From: Candidatus Rokuibacteriota bacterium
Lineage (GTDB): Bacteria; Methylomirabilota; Methylomirabilia; Rokubacteriales; CSP1-6
DNA length: 13,087 nucleotides
NCBI GenBank assembly: GCA_016184305.1
Contig: JACPCX010000157.1
Location: 1 to 13,087 of the forward strand
Direction: 5' to 3'
Each line of letters opens with the position of its first letter. Position 1 is the first letter of the stretch. Positions 1-7,278 of the stretch are shown here, one piece after another. A program made the position numbers and the translations under genes. The notes under the pieces are model-generated. The model searched no databases. It was given only the letters and a program-made list of their open reading frames with translations, and was not told the origin of the DNA.

Positions 1-1
1 C

Positions 2-217
2 GGCAACTACAACCGCTTCGACGTGCTGTCGCTCCAGCTGAACCGCGCGCCCCTGGCGGCGATCCACGAGGCGATGCCGGCGCTGACGGACTCCGAGGGC
101 CCGGGGCCCGACACCCGGGCGCTGCTGGACGAGCTCCGCCGCCGCGTGGGCTCGGCCTCCCACGAGGAGCTCCGGGCGCTCGTCGCCTCGCTGCTGGCGG
201 CCCTGGACGCCGGGTAG
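2..217 (+). CDS. C-terminal fragment of a probable nitrilase (carbon-nitrogen hydrolase family); 5'-truncated by the window edge
   Basis: The frame is open from position 2 and reads GNYNRFDVLSLQLNRAPL, resembling the nitrilase C-terminal motif G(H/N)Y(S/N)RxD(V/I)hxLxhN. An amphipathic helical tail follows; TAG at 215-217. Confidence 0.6.
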   Translation, partial: GNYNRFDVLSLQLNRAPLAAIHEAMPALTDSEGPGPDTRALLDELRRRVGSASHEELRALVASLLAALDAG

Positions 218-264
218 CGCCTGCGCCTCCCCGGCAGGGACATGTCCCACAGGAGACTGACACG

Positions 265-774
265 ATGGGAACAGGGAACTCCGCCTGGCTCTGGTTTTCG
301 GCCGTCGCGACGGTGTCTGTGGCACCGGTCCTCATCTCGATTCCCTTCTTCGCCAGGAATTTCCAGGTCAAGCCGGAGGCCTTCACGACCTGGTACTTCG
401 CCAGCGTCTCCGTCGGCGTCGCGGTGTGGCTCTGGCTGGCCGGCCGTGCGGCGGACCTCCGCCCCGGGGGAGCCGTCGCGGCCCTGGGCATCGTGCTGGT
501 CGGGCTGAGCTTCGGCGCGGCCGCGAACGGGTTCCTTTTCCACGCGGTGTCCGTGGCGCCCAATCCCGGGCTCCCGTCTGTCATGTACAGCGGCGCCAGC
601 GTCATCGTCTTCTTCGCATCCGCGGCCCTCGCAGATCGTCTCCCCAGGCTCTTCGACCAGGTGAGCACGGACATCGACCGGTTTCTGGGCATCCTGCTCA
701 TGATCGCCGGAGTCTTCCTCATCGCCGGAGGATGGCCGCTCGTGAAGGGGGCCCTCACAAGGAGTTCGTTCTGA
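265..774 (+). CDS. Small integral membrane protein (169 aa), possibly DMT/EamA-like
   Basis: AGGAG RBS upstream of the ATG; about 5 hydrophobic segments. 'AVSVAPNPGLPSVMYSGASVIVF' and 'RFLGILLMIAGVFLI' resemble the end of an EamA repeat. Confidence 0.7.
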   Translation: MGTGNSAWLWFSAVATVSVAPVLISIPFFARNFQVKPEAFTTWYFASVSVGVAVWLWLAGRAADLRPGGAVAALGIVLVGLSFGAAANGFLFHAVSVAPNPGLPSVMYSGASVIVFFASAALADRLPRLFDQVSTDIDRFLGILLMIAGVFLIAGGWPLVKGALTRSSF

Positions 775-838
775 TGCCTCGGCCCCGTGTGCGGCACACG
801 GGTTCTTGAGGCGCCGGACCCGCTCGCGCGCGAGCGCC

Positions 839-847
839 TGATATACT
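839..847 (+). promoter_or_regulatory. Extended -10 promoter (TGnTATACT) for a probable leaderless CoA-transferase mRNA
   Basis: TGATATACT at 839-847, 6 nt before the GTG at 854; no Shine-Dalgarno sequence. Confidence 0.6.
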
Positions 848-853
848 CGGCCG

Positions 854-2062
854 GTGCGTGCCGCCGATCTCCCCCTGGTCGATGTCACGATCCTGGACCT
901 CACCCGCGTCCTCGCCGGGCCCTACTGCACCCGCTTGCTGAGCGACCTGGGCGCCCGCGTCATCAAGATCGAGCGCCCAGGCGAGGGCGACGAGATGCGG
1001 CGCGCCTACCTGCAGCTCGAAGGCAACCGCACGGACCAGAGCACCTATTTCACCCGTGTGAACGCGGGCAAGGAGAGCGTCGCCGTCGACATGTCACGTT
1101 CCGACGGCCAGGCCATCATCCGCGACCTGGCGCGCGTGGCCGAGGTGGTGGTGGAGAACTTCATGCCCGGCGTGGTGGCCAGGCTGGGCTGCGACTACGA
1201 GACGCTCCGGGCGGTGAAGCCCGACATCATCTACTGCTCCATCTCGGGCTTCGGCCAGACGGGGCCGTGGCGCGCGCGACCCGCGCTCGCCCACACCATC
1301 AACGCCATCTCCGGCCTCATGCACCTGGAACAGGGCGAGGAGCCGGCGCCGCGGGCCTCCAACCTGCAGGCTGCCGACGTCCTGGCCGCCACCCATGCCG
1401 CCAGCGCGATTCTGGCGGCGATCATCCGGAGAAGTCGCACCGGCAGGGGCGCACACCTCGATGTCTCCATGCTCGAGGCGCTCATCGCCGCCGACAGCGT
1501 GACCTATGCCGCCGTGCTCAACGGCGGCGAGGAGCACGGCAACCCGCGCCCCGGCATGGTCGTCGCCCCCATCGGCGACGGCTGCGTGGCCCTGCAGTTC
1601 GTGGGCGCCCCGCAGCTCTGGCCCCGCCTGCTGGCCGTCATGGGGCGGCCCGACCTGGATCAGGACCCGCGCTTCGATAGCGACGAGAAGCGGCGTGTCA
1701 ACTGGGGCGACCTGCGGCAGATCGTCGAGTCGTGGCTCGCGACGTTCCGCACGATGGCGGACGCCCTCAAGGCGCTCTCGGATGCGCGCATCCCGTGCGC
1801 ACCGGTACTCCGCCCGGCCGAGGTGATCGCCGAACCCCACCTGTCCGAGCGGCAGTTCTTCCCGACGGTGACGCATCCGGCTCGTGGCGCCGTGCGCGTG
1901 ACGGCCAGCCCCTTCCACCTCGACGGCGTGCCGCTGCATCCCCGGGGGCCCGCGGCCTACCGCGTTGGCGAGCATACGCGGGCGGTGCTCGGCGACCTGC
2001 TCGGCTACCCGGCGGAGCGCATCGACCAGTTGCGGCGCTCAGGGGTCGTCGACATCCCGTAG
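854..2062 (+). CDS. Family III CoA-transferase (CaiB/BaiF), 402 aa
   Basis: Motifs ILDLTRVLAGPYCTRLLSDLGARVIKIERPGEGD, NAGKESVAVD, VVVENFMPG, YCSISGFGQTGP, the catalytic Asp in AADVLA, GRGAHLDVSMLE, and C-terminal VGEHTRAVL. Confidence 0.95.
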   Translation: MRAADLPLVDVTILDLTRVLAGPYCTRLLSDLGARVIKIERPGEGDEMRRAYLQLEGNRTDQSTYFTRVNAGKESVAVDMSRSDGQAIIRDLARVAEVVVENFMPGVVARLGCDYETLRAVKPDIIYCSISGFGQTGPWRARPALAHTINAISGLMHLEQGEEPAPRASNLQAADVLAATHAASAILAAIIRRSRTGRGAHLDVSMLEALIAADSVTYAAVLNGGEEHGNPRPGMVVAPIGDGCVALQFVGAPQLWPRLLAVMGRPDLDQDPRFDSDEKRRVNWGDLRQIVESWLATFRTMADALKALSDARIPCAPVLRPAEVIAEPHLSERQFFPTVTHPARGAVRVTASPFHLDGVPLHPRGPAAYRVGEHTRAVLGDLLGYPAERIDQLRRSGVVDIP

Positions 2063-2265
2063 CCGCGCGTCCTGCCAGGACCCGACTCGCAATCCCGGCC
2101 CGACCCACCCCGCCCGGTCGATGGCCGGCATGCCTTGGCGGGCCGCTGCAGGGCCGCGTCGATCCGTGCCAGCACCGCCGGCTCGTCCCCGGGGATCCGC
2201 CGGTGAAGGAGAACACCCGCGTGGCGCCCGCTCGACCTTGCTCGGAGCCGTGCGTCCGCCACTGG

Positions 2266-2354
2266 TGGTGCCGGGAGGGGGAATCGAACCCCCACGGGCG
2301 TTGCCGCCCAAAGGTTTTTGAGACCTTCGCGTCTGCCAGTTCCGCCACCCCGGC
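2266..2354 (-). tRNA. tRNA-Leu(CAA)
   Basis: Reverse complement gives acceptor stem GCCGGGG/TCCCGGC, D arm TGGCGGAACTGGCAGACGCG, anticodon arm AAGGT-CT CAA AA-ACCTT, a long variable arm GGGCG-GCAA-CGCCC, T loop GGTTCGATTCC, discriminator A and encoded CCA. Confidence 0.97.
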
Positions 2355-2369
2355 CCGAGCCGCGCCGCC

Positions 2370-2399
2370 AGTGTAAACGTCAGGCATCGACGGGCACAA
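2370..2399 (-). promoter_or_regulatory. Sigma70-type promoter of tRNA-Leu
   Basis: Minus strand TTGTGC (2399-2394), 18-nt spacer, TACACT (2375-2370), then a GC-rich discriminator GGCGGCG; 15 nt upstream of the tRNA 5' end. Confidence 0.65.
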
Positions 2400-2478
2400 G
2401 CACTGCTCCCGGCATCCTCCACACGCCCGCCGCGCTGACCGGTCGGAAGCGCCTCGGCATGGGCGTGGCGAGATCCCC

Positions 2479-2508
2479 TTGACGCGCCCCCGTCGCCGGG
2501 TTTACCGT
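2479..2508 (+). promoter_or_regulatory. Sigma70-type promoter divergent from tRNA-Leu, facing the cyclase/STAND gene
   Basis: TTGACG (2479-2484), 18-nt spacer, TACCGT (2503-2508); an ATG follows at 2516. Confidence 0.5.
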
Positions 2509-2846
2509 TTGGCTCATGTTCGTGATTCTTCTTGCCTATGGGCCTTGTATCCGGGGAGATCGGGGGCCCCGTCTATCCCATGCTCCAACCGCGTTCCGCC
2601 TCCCAGGCCGAGGCGTCTTCTAGCGGGGTGAGCGCACCCCTCGCGCCCTGCTCCATCGCGCAGAGGGGCCTCGAGCACCCCGGGGGAATGCCCTCAGAAC
2701 GGCCTGCACGGAGAGATCGCGATGCCATCTCTGCTGACCGCCCCGAGGGGTCCGAGTATGCGAAGCGGGTCCCGGAGAGCGACTGGGCCCTGAAGGTTGC
2801 GTTCATACCGACAGTAGGACGAGGCATTCCGCCGGAGGAACATACG

Positions 2847-5800
2847 ATGGTGTGTCGCCAGTGCCAGCAGGAGAATCCGCCGAAGGCGAAATTCTGCAAC
2901 GGCTGCGGGGCCGGGCTCGACTCGGCCTGCCCCGGCTGCGGCCAAGCGAACCCGCCGGCGAGCCGGTTCTGCAACGAGTGCGGCCACCCGCTGGCCGCCG
3001 GCGCAGCGCCCCGTGCGGCGGCCCCCGCGCAGCCCGCCGCGGCGGCGCCCCGGTTCGCCTCGCCAGAGGCCTACACTCCGAAGCACCTGGCCGAGAAGAT
3101 CCTCACCTCCCGGACCGGCCTGGAAGGCGAGCGCAAGCACGTGACGGTGCTCTTCGCCGATCTGAAGGGGTCGATGGAGCTGCTCGCCGATCGCGATCCC
3201 GAGGACGCCCGCCGGCTCCTCGATCCGGTGCTCGAGCACATGATGGAGGCGGTCCACCGCTACGAGGGCACCGTCAACCAGGTCATGGGCGACGGCATCA
3301 TGGCGCTGTTCGGCGCCCCCGTGGCCCACGAGGATCATGCGGTGCGGGCCTCCTACGCCGCGCTCAGAATGCAGGAGTCCGTGAAGCGCTATGCCGAGGA
3401 GGTCCACCGCACGATCGGCGTGCCGGTCCACATCCGCGTCGGGCTGAACTCGGGGGAGGTGGTCGTGCGCTCCATCGGCAGCGATCTGCACATGGACTAC
3501 ACGGCCGTCGGCCAGACCACCCACCTGGCGGCTCGCATGGAGCAGATGGCCATGCCCGGCTCGATCCTCATGGCGCCGGACACGCTCCGCCTGGCCGAGG
3601 ACTACGTGGCCGTGAAGTCCCTCGGGGAGCGGCAGGTGAAAGGGGTCGACCACCCCATCGAGATCTACGAGGTCACGGGCGCCGGGACTGTCCGGTCCCG
3701 CATGCAGGCCGCGGCCGCGCGCGGCCTGACCCGCTTCGTCGGGCGCGACATCGAGCTCGAGCAGCTCCGCCAGGCCCTCCAGCGCGCCGGCTCCGGCCAC
3801 GGGCAAGTCGTGGGCATCGTCGGCGAGGCCGGCGTGGGGAAGTCCCGGCTGTACTGGGAGTTCGTCCACTCCCACCGGACCGAGGGCTGGACGATCGTCG
3901 AGAGCGCGTCCGTCTCCTACGGCAAGGCGACGGCCTACCTGCCCACCATCGATCTCCTCCGCTCGTACTTCCAGCTCGAGCCTCGTGACGAGCCGCGCAA
4001 GATCCGCGAGAAGGTCACCGGCAAGCTGTTCTCGCTGGATCGCTCCCTCGAGCCCGCCCTGCCCGCCCTGCTCTGGCTCCTCGAGGTGCCGGTGGACGAA
4101 CCCGAGTGGCAGCACCTCGCCCCGGCCCAGCGCCGCCAGCGGGCGCTGGACGGCGTCAAGGCGCTGCTCCTGCGCGAGAGCCAGGTACAGCCCGTCATCG
4201 TGATGTTCGAGGACCTGCACTGGATCGACGCCGAGACCCAGGCCCTGCTCGACGCCCTCGTCGAGAGCGTGCCGACGGCGCGCCTGCTGCTGCTCGTCAA
4301 CTACCGGCCCGAGTACGAGCACCGGTGGAGCGGGAAGAGCTATTACCGGCAGCTCCGTCTCGACCCGCTGCCCCCGGAGAGCGCCGAGGGGCTGCTCACC
4401 GGCCTGCTCGGCGAGGACCCCAGCCTCCGGGCGCTCAAGCCTCTCCTGTTCGAGCGCACCGAGGGCAACCCCTTCTTCCTCGAGGAGAGCGTCAGGTCCC
4501 TCGTCGAGACGAAGTTCCTCGCGGGCGAGCGCGGAGCCTATCGCCTCACGAAGGCGCTGGAGGGCCTCCAGATCCCGGCCACCGCGCGGGCGATCCTGGC
4601 CTCGCGCATCGACCGCCTCTCCCCGGACGAGAAGCGCCTGCTCCAGGCGGCCTCGGTGATCGGCAAGGACCTGCCCTTCGCGCTGCTCCAGGCCATCTCG
4701 GAGGAGAGCGAGGACGGCCTCCGCCACAAGCTCGCGCGGCTGCAGACGGCCGAGTTCCTCTACGAGGCCCGCCTCTTCCCCGATCTCGAGTACACCTTCC
4801 GCCACGCCTTGACGCTCGAGGTGACCTACGGCACGCTGCTCCACGACCGCCGGCGGGCGCTCCACGCCGGGATCGTGGAGGCCATCGAGCGCCTCTCTCC
4901 CGACCGGCTCGCCGAGGAGGTCGAGCGGCTCGCCCACCACGCCCTGCAGGGTGAGCTCTGGCCCAAGGCCCTGCGCTACCTCCGCCAGGCAGGCAGGAAG
5001 GCCAACGCGCGCTGCGCCTTCCGCGAGGCGGCGGCCCACTTCGAGCGGGCCCTGCTGAGCCTCCGGCACCTTCCCGAGGACGCGGACGGGACAGCCAGGG
5101 CCATCGACCTGCGCTTCGACCTCCGCAACGCGCTCATCCCGCTGGGCGACCTCGATCCCCTCCTCGACCATCTGCGCGAGGCGGAGCGGCTCGCCCAGAC
5201 CATCGGCGATCAGCGCCGCCTCGGCCGCGCCTCGTCGCTCCTGAGCAACTTCTTCCAGCTCACGGGGGATCATGCCCTCGCCATGGAATCGGGACGGCGC
5301 GCCGAGGCCATCGCCGCCGAGCTCGGCGACCGCAGCCTGGAGGCGGCCGCCAATCTCTACCTGGGTCAGACCTGCTGCGCCATGGGCAACTACCGGCAGG
5401 CCGTCGAGATCCTCACCAGGAACGAGGTCGCGCTGGCCGGCGAGGCAGGCGGAGAGCGGCTCAGCGAGGCCGCCTTCCGCTTCATCACCAGCCGCACCTG
5501 GTCCGTGTGGTCCCTGGCCGAGCTGGGGCAATTCGCCGACGGGCTCGCCCGCGGCCGGGAGGCGGTCCGGCTGGCCGAGGAGGCCGATCACGCCGGAGCC
5601 CTCGTCAGCGCGTACCAGGGCCTCGGGTTCCTCCACGTCAGCCGCGGCGAGGCCGACCAGGCGGCGGCCGTGCTCGGCCGCGGCGTCGATCTCTGCCAGG
5701 CCGCCGGCATCCCCGCCATGTTCCCGCTCATGGCCAGCAGCCTGGGCGCCGCCCATCTCCTGGCGGGGCGGGTCGACGAGGGGCTGGCGCTCCTTGAGGA

Positions 5801-6242
5801 GGCGGTCGCCCAGGGTGCGGCCCGCCGGATGATGGGCTGCCAATCGCTCCGGGTCGCCCAGCTCGGCGAGGGACTCCTCCTTGCCGGCCGACTGGACGAT
5901 GCCAGCGCGGCCTCGGACCAAGCCCTGGAGCTGGCCCGCGCTCACGAGGAGCGGGGGCACGAGGCGTGGGCGCTGCGGCTCGCCGCCGAGCTGCACTCCC
6001 ATCCTGACCGCCTCAAGGTCGAGCAGGCCAGGGACCTCTGGCGCGAGGCCCGCGCACTCGCCGATGAACTCGGGATGCGCCCGCTTGTGGCCCGCTGCTA
6101 TCTCGGGCTCGGAACGCTCTGCCTTCAGACCGGCGAGTGGCGGACGGGCCGCGAGCACCTCACGACGGCCGGGAGGCTGTTCCGAGAGATGGAGATGCGG
6201 CTGTGGTCGGAGCGCACGGCGGCGCTGAACGAGCTTGACTAG
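2847..6242 (+). CDS. Double zinc ribbon + class III adenylate/guanylate cyclase + STAND-type ATPase + TPR protein (1131 aa)
   Basis: GGAGG RBS at 2834-2838 before the ATG at 2847. Four CxxC pairs (CRQC, CNGC, CPGC, CNEC); cyclase motifs TVLFADLKGS, MGDGIMALFG and RVGLNSGEVV; Walker A GEAGVGKS; Walker B MFEDLHWID; GNPFFLEE; YTFRHAL; helical TPR-like C-terminus. Confidence 0.95.
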   Translation: MVCRQCQQENPPKAKFCNGCGAGLDSACPGCGQANPPASRFCNECGHPLAAGAAPRAAAPAQPAAAAPRFASPEAYTPKHLAEKILTSRTGLEGERKHVTVLFADLKGSMELLADRDPEDARRLLDPVLEHMMEAVHRYEGTVNQVMGDGIMALFGAPVAHEDHAVRASYAALRMQESVKRYAEEVHRTIGVPVHIRVGLNSGEVVVRSIGSDLHMDYTAVGQTTHLAARMEQMAMPGSILMAPDTLRLAEDYVAVKSLGERQVKGVDHPIEIYEVTGAGTVRSRMQAAAARGLTRFVGRDIELEQLRQALQRAGSGHGQVVGIVGEAGVGKSRLYWEFVHSHRTEGWTIVESASVSYGKATAYLPTIDLLRSYFQLEPRDEPRKIREKVTGKLFSLDRSLEPALPALLWLLEVPVDEPEWQHLAPAQRRQRALDGVKALLLRESQVQPVIVMFEDLHWIDAETQALLDALVESVPTARLLLLVNYRPEYEHRWSGKSYYRQLRLDPLPPESAEGLLTGLLGEDPSLRALKPLLFERTEGNPFFLEESVRSLVETKFLAGERGAYRLTKALEGLQIPATARAILASRIDRLSPDEKRLLQAASVIGKDLPFALLQAISEESEDGLRHKLARLQTAEFLYEARLFPDLEYTFRHALTLEVTYGTLLHDRRRALHAGIVEAIERLSPDRLAEEVERLAHHALQGELWPKALRYLRQAGRKANARCAFREAAAHFERALLSLRHLPEDADGTARAIDLRFDLRNALIPLGDLDPLLDHLREAERLAQTIGDQRRLGRASSLLSNFFQLTGDHALAMESGRRAEAIAAELGDRSLEAAANLYLGQTCCAMGNYRQAVEILTRNEVALAGEAGGERLSEAAFRFITSRTWSVWSLAELGQFADGLARGREAVRLAEEADHAGALVSAYQGLGFLHVSRGEADQAAAVLGRGVDLCQAAGIPAMFPLMASSLGAAHLLAGRVDEGLALLEEAVAQGAARRMMGCQSLRVAQLGEGLLLAGRLDDASAASDQALELARAHEERGHEAWALRLAAELHSHPDRLKVEQARDLWREARALADELGMRPLVARCYLGLGTLCLQTGEWRTGREHLTTAGRLFREMEMRLWSERTAALNELD

Positions 6243-6269
6243 CGACCGTCGCGCAAGTACCGGCCGTCC

Positions 6270-6299
6270 TTGACAGGGTCGCTCCGCCACGGGTATGCT
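6270..6299 (+). promoter_or_regulatory. Sigma70-type promoter of tRNA-Ala
   Basis: Consensus -35 TTGACA (6270-6275), 18-nt spacer, TATGCT (6294-6299), GC-rich discriminator; 12 nt before the tRNA. Confidence 0.8.
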
Positions 6300-6311
6300 G
6301 TGCCGCGCGGT

Positions 6312-6387
6312 GGGGCTGTAGCTCAGCTGGGAGAGCACAAGGCTGGCAGTCTTGGGGTCAGGGGTTCGAGCCCCCTCAGCTCCACCA
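6312..6387 (+). tRNA. tRNA-Ala(GGC)
   Basis: 76 nt; acceptor stem GGGGCTG/CAGCTCC with the G3:U70 alanine identity pair; anticodon arm CAAGG-CT GGC AG-TCTTG; T loop GGTTCGAGCCC; encoded ACCA end. Confidence 0.98.
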
Positions 6388-6395
6388 AATCTTGA

Positions 6396-6436
6396 CGCGG
6401 GGTTACGGAGCGATCCGTGACCCCGCGGTTGTGTTC
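6396..6436 (+). terminator. Probable terminator or processing hairpin after tRNA-Ala
   Basis: 14-bp stem CGCGGGGTTACGGA / TCCGTGACCCCGCG (one G-U pair) with a GCGA (GNRA) tetraloop, followed by an imperfect U tract GTTGTGTT. Confidence 0.7.
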
Positions 6437-6501
6437 GGCACCCGCTGCTGCCGCGCGAATGGCGTTCACGTCGCTGTCGGCGAGCTGGGCCGGCCCTCTA
6501 C

Positions 6502-6533
6502 TGTACAGACACATGCTATTATTCGTCTGTACA
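6502..6533 (+). promoter_or_regulatory. vapBC promoter/operator: 9-bp inverted repeat enclosing an extended -10
   Basis: TGTACAGAC (6502-6510), 14 nt, GTCTGTACA (6525-6533). TG-C-TATTAT at 6514-6522 lies inside the spacer. Confidence 0.75.
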
Positions 6534-6559
6534 CTGAACGTTCGGCAGGAGGAGGCGGA

Positions 6560-6790
6560 ATGGCCACGAAGGCGGGCGCGCAGACCCGGGTGGGCAGACA
6601 GCGCAAGAACTACCGCATCGACACGGCGAAGCTGGAGCGCACGAAACGGATCCTCGGGACCCGCACGGAGACCGAGACGATTCATCGGGCATTGGACCTG
6701 GTGGCTGACGAGGCTGCGCTCGCGACGGCCCTGGCGCGCTTTCTCGAGAAAGGGCGCGGGCACATCGAGGACGTCGATGCCCGCCGGTAG
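6560..6790 (+). CDS. vapB: VapB-type antitoxin (ribbon-helix-helix-like), 76 aa
   Basis: Strong RBS AGGAGGAGG before the ATG at 6560. KNYRIDTAKLERTKRILGTRTETETIHRAL matches the VapB strand-helix-helix pattern; the gene overlaps the downstream PIN gene by 14 nt. Confidence 0.8.
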   Translation: MATKAGAQTRVGRQRKNYRIDTAKLERTKRILGTRTETETIHRALDLVADEAALATALARFLEKGRGHIEDVDARR

Positions 6791-7235
6791 ATGGCTGGTA
6801 TTCGACACGAACGTCTACGTGGTCGCGCTGCGGGAGGGGGCAGGCGGTCACGCCTCCGAGCTGCTCGGACGGCTCGTGCCGCGTACGTATCTCGCTGCCG
6901 TCGTGTCTGCGGAGCTGCACGCCGGCGCCCTGGACGATGTCGGGCGCGAGGCCGTTCGAGGGCTGGCCGAGCCATTCTTACGGCTGGGCCGCGTGGTGAC
7001 GCCTGACGCTCGGGCCTGGGATCGGGTGGGCGATGTCCTCGCCGAGGCGTGGCGCCGCCAGCCCCAGCTTCGGGACCGGCTCTCCGCCCTCTGGAACGAT
7101 GCGCTCATCGCGCTGTCCGCGCGCCAGATCGGCGCAACGGTGGTGACGCAGAACGTGCGCGACTTCGCCCTGCTGCGCCGGTACGCGCGCTTCGAATTCG
7201 AGCCCTTTCAAACCTTCGGCCAGCACCCCGCTTGA
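6777..7235 (+). CDS. vapC: VapC PIN-domain ribonuclease toxin, 152 aa
   Basis: Starts MPAGRWLVFDTNVYV. Conserved PIN acidic positions: DTN, VSAELHAG, NDALIALSA and TQNVRDF. GAGG RBS before the ATG at 6777. Confidence 0.9.
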   Translation: MPAGRWLVFDTNVYVVALREGAGGHASELLGRLVPRTYLAAVVSAELHAGALDDVGREAVRGLAEPFLRLGRVVTPDARAWDRVGDVLAEAWRRQPQLRDRLSALWNDALIALSARQIGATVVTQNVRDFALLRRYARFEFEPFQTFGQHPA

Positions 7236-7278
7236 CGGCGAGGGGGGGCGGGTGAAGCGCGGCGCGCCCCGGAACGGT

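Noticed and set aside
2532..2846. 105-aa N-terminal extension of the cyclase-STAND ORF from a TTG start
   Set aside because: Atypical composition; the zinc ribbon begins at ATG 2847, which has a GGAGG RBS.
2990..3052. GC-rich quasi-repeats (AAGAAPRAAAPAQPAAAAP)
   Set aside because: Ordinary Ala/Pro interdomain linker, not a DNA repeat array.
2694..6338. 1214-aa antisense ORF
   Set aside because: Shadow of the cyclase-STAND gene caused by GC-rich codon bias; it starts inside tRNA-Ala and has no recognisable motifs.
2266..6387. Cyclase-STAND gene as an island integrated between two tRNAs
   Set aside because: The tRNAs are different and their 5' ends face the gene; integration normally occurs at 3' ends, and no att repeat or integrase is seen.
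6392..6776. Extended starts for the antitoxin (6392) and toxin (6417) ORFs
   Set aside because: They cross the hairpin and operator; SD-supported ATGs are at 6560 and 6777.
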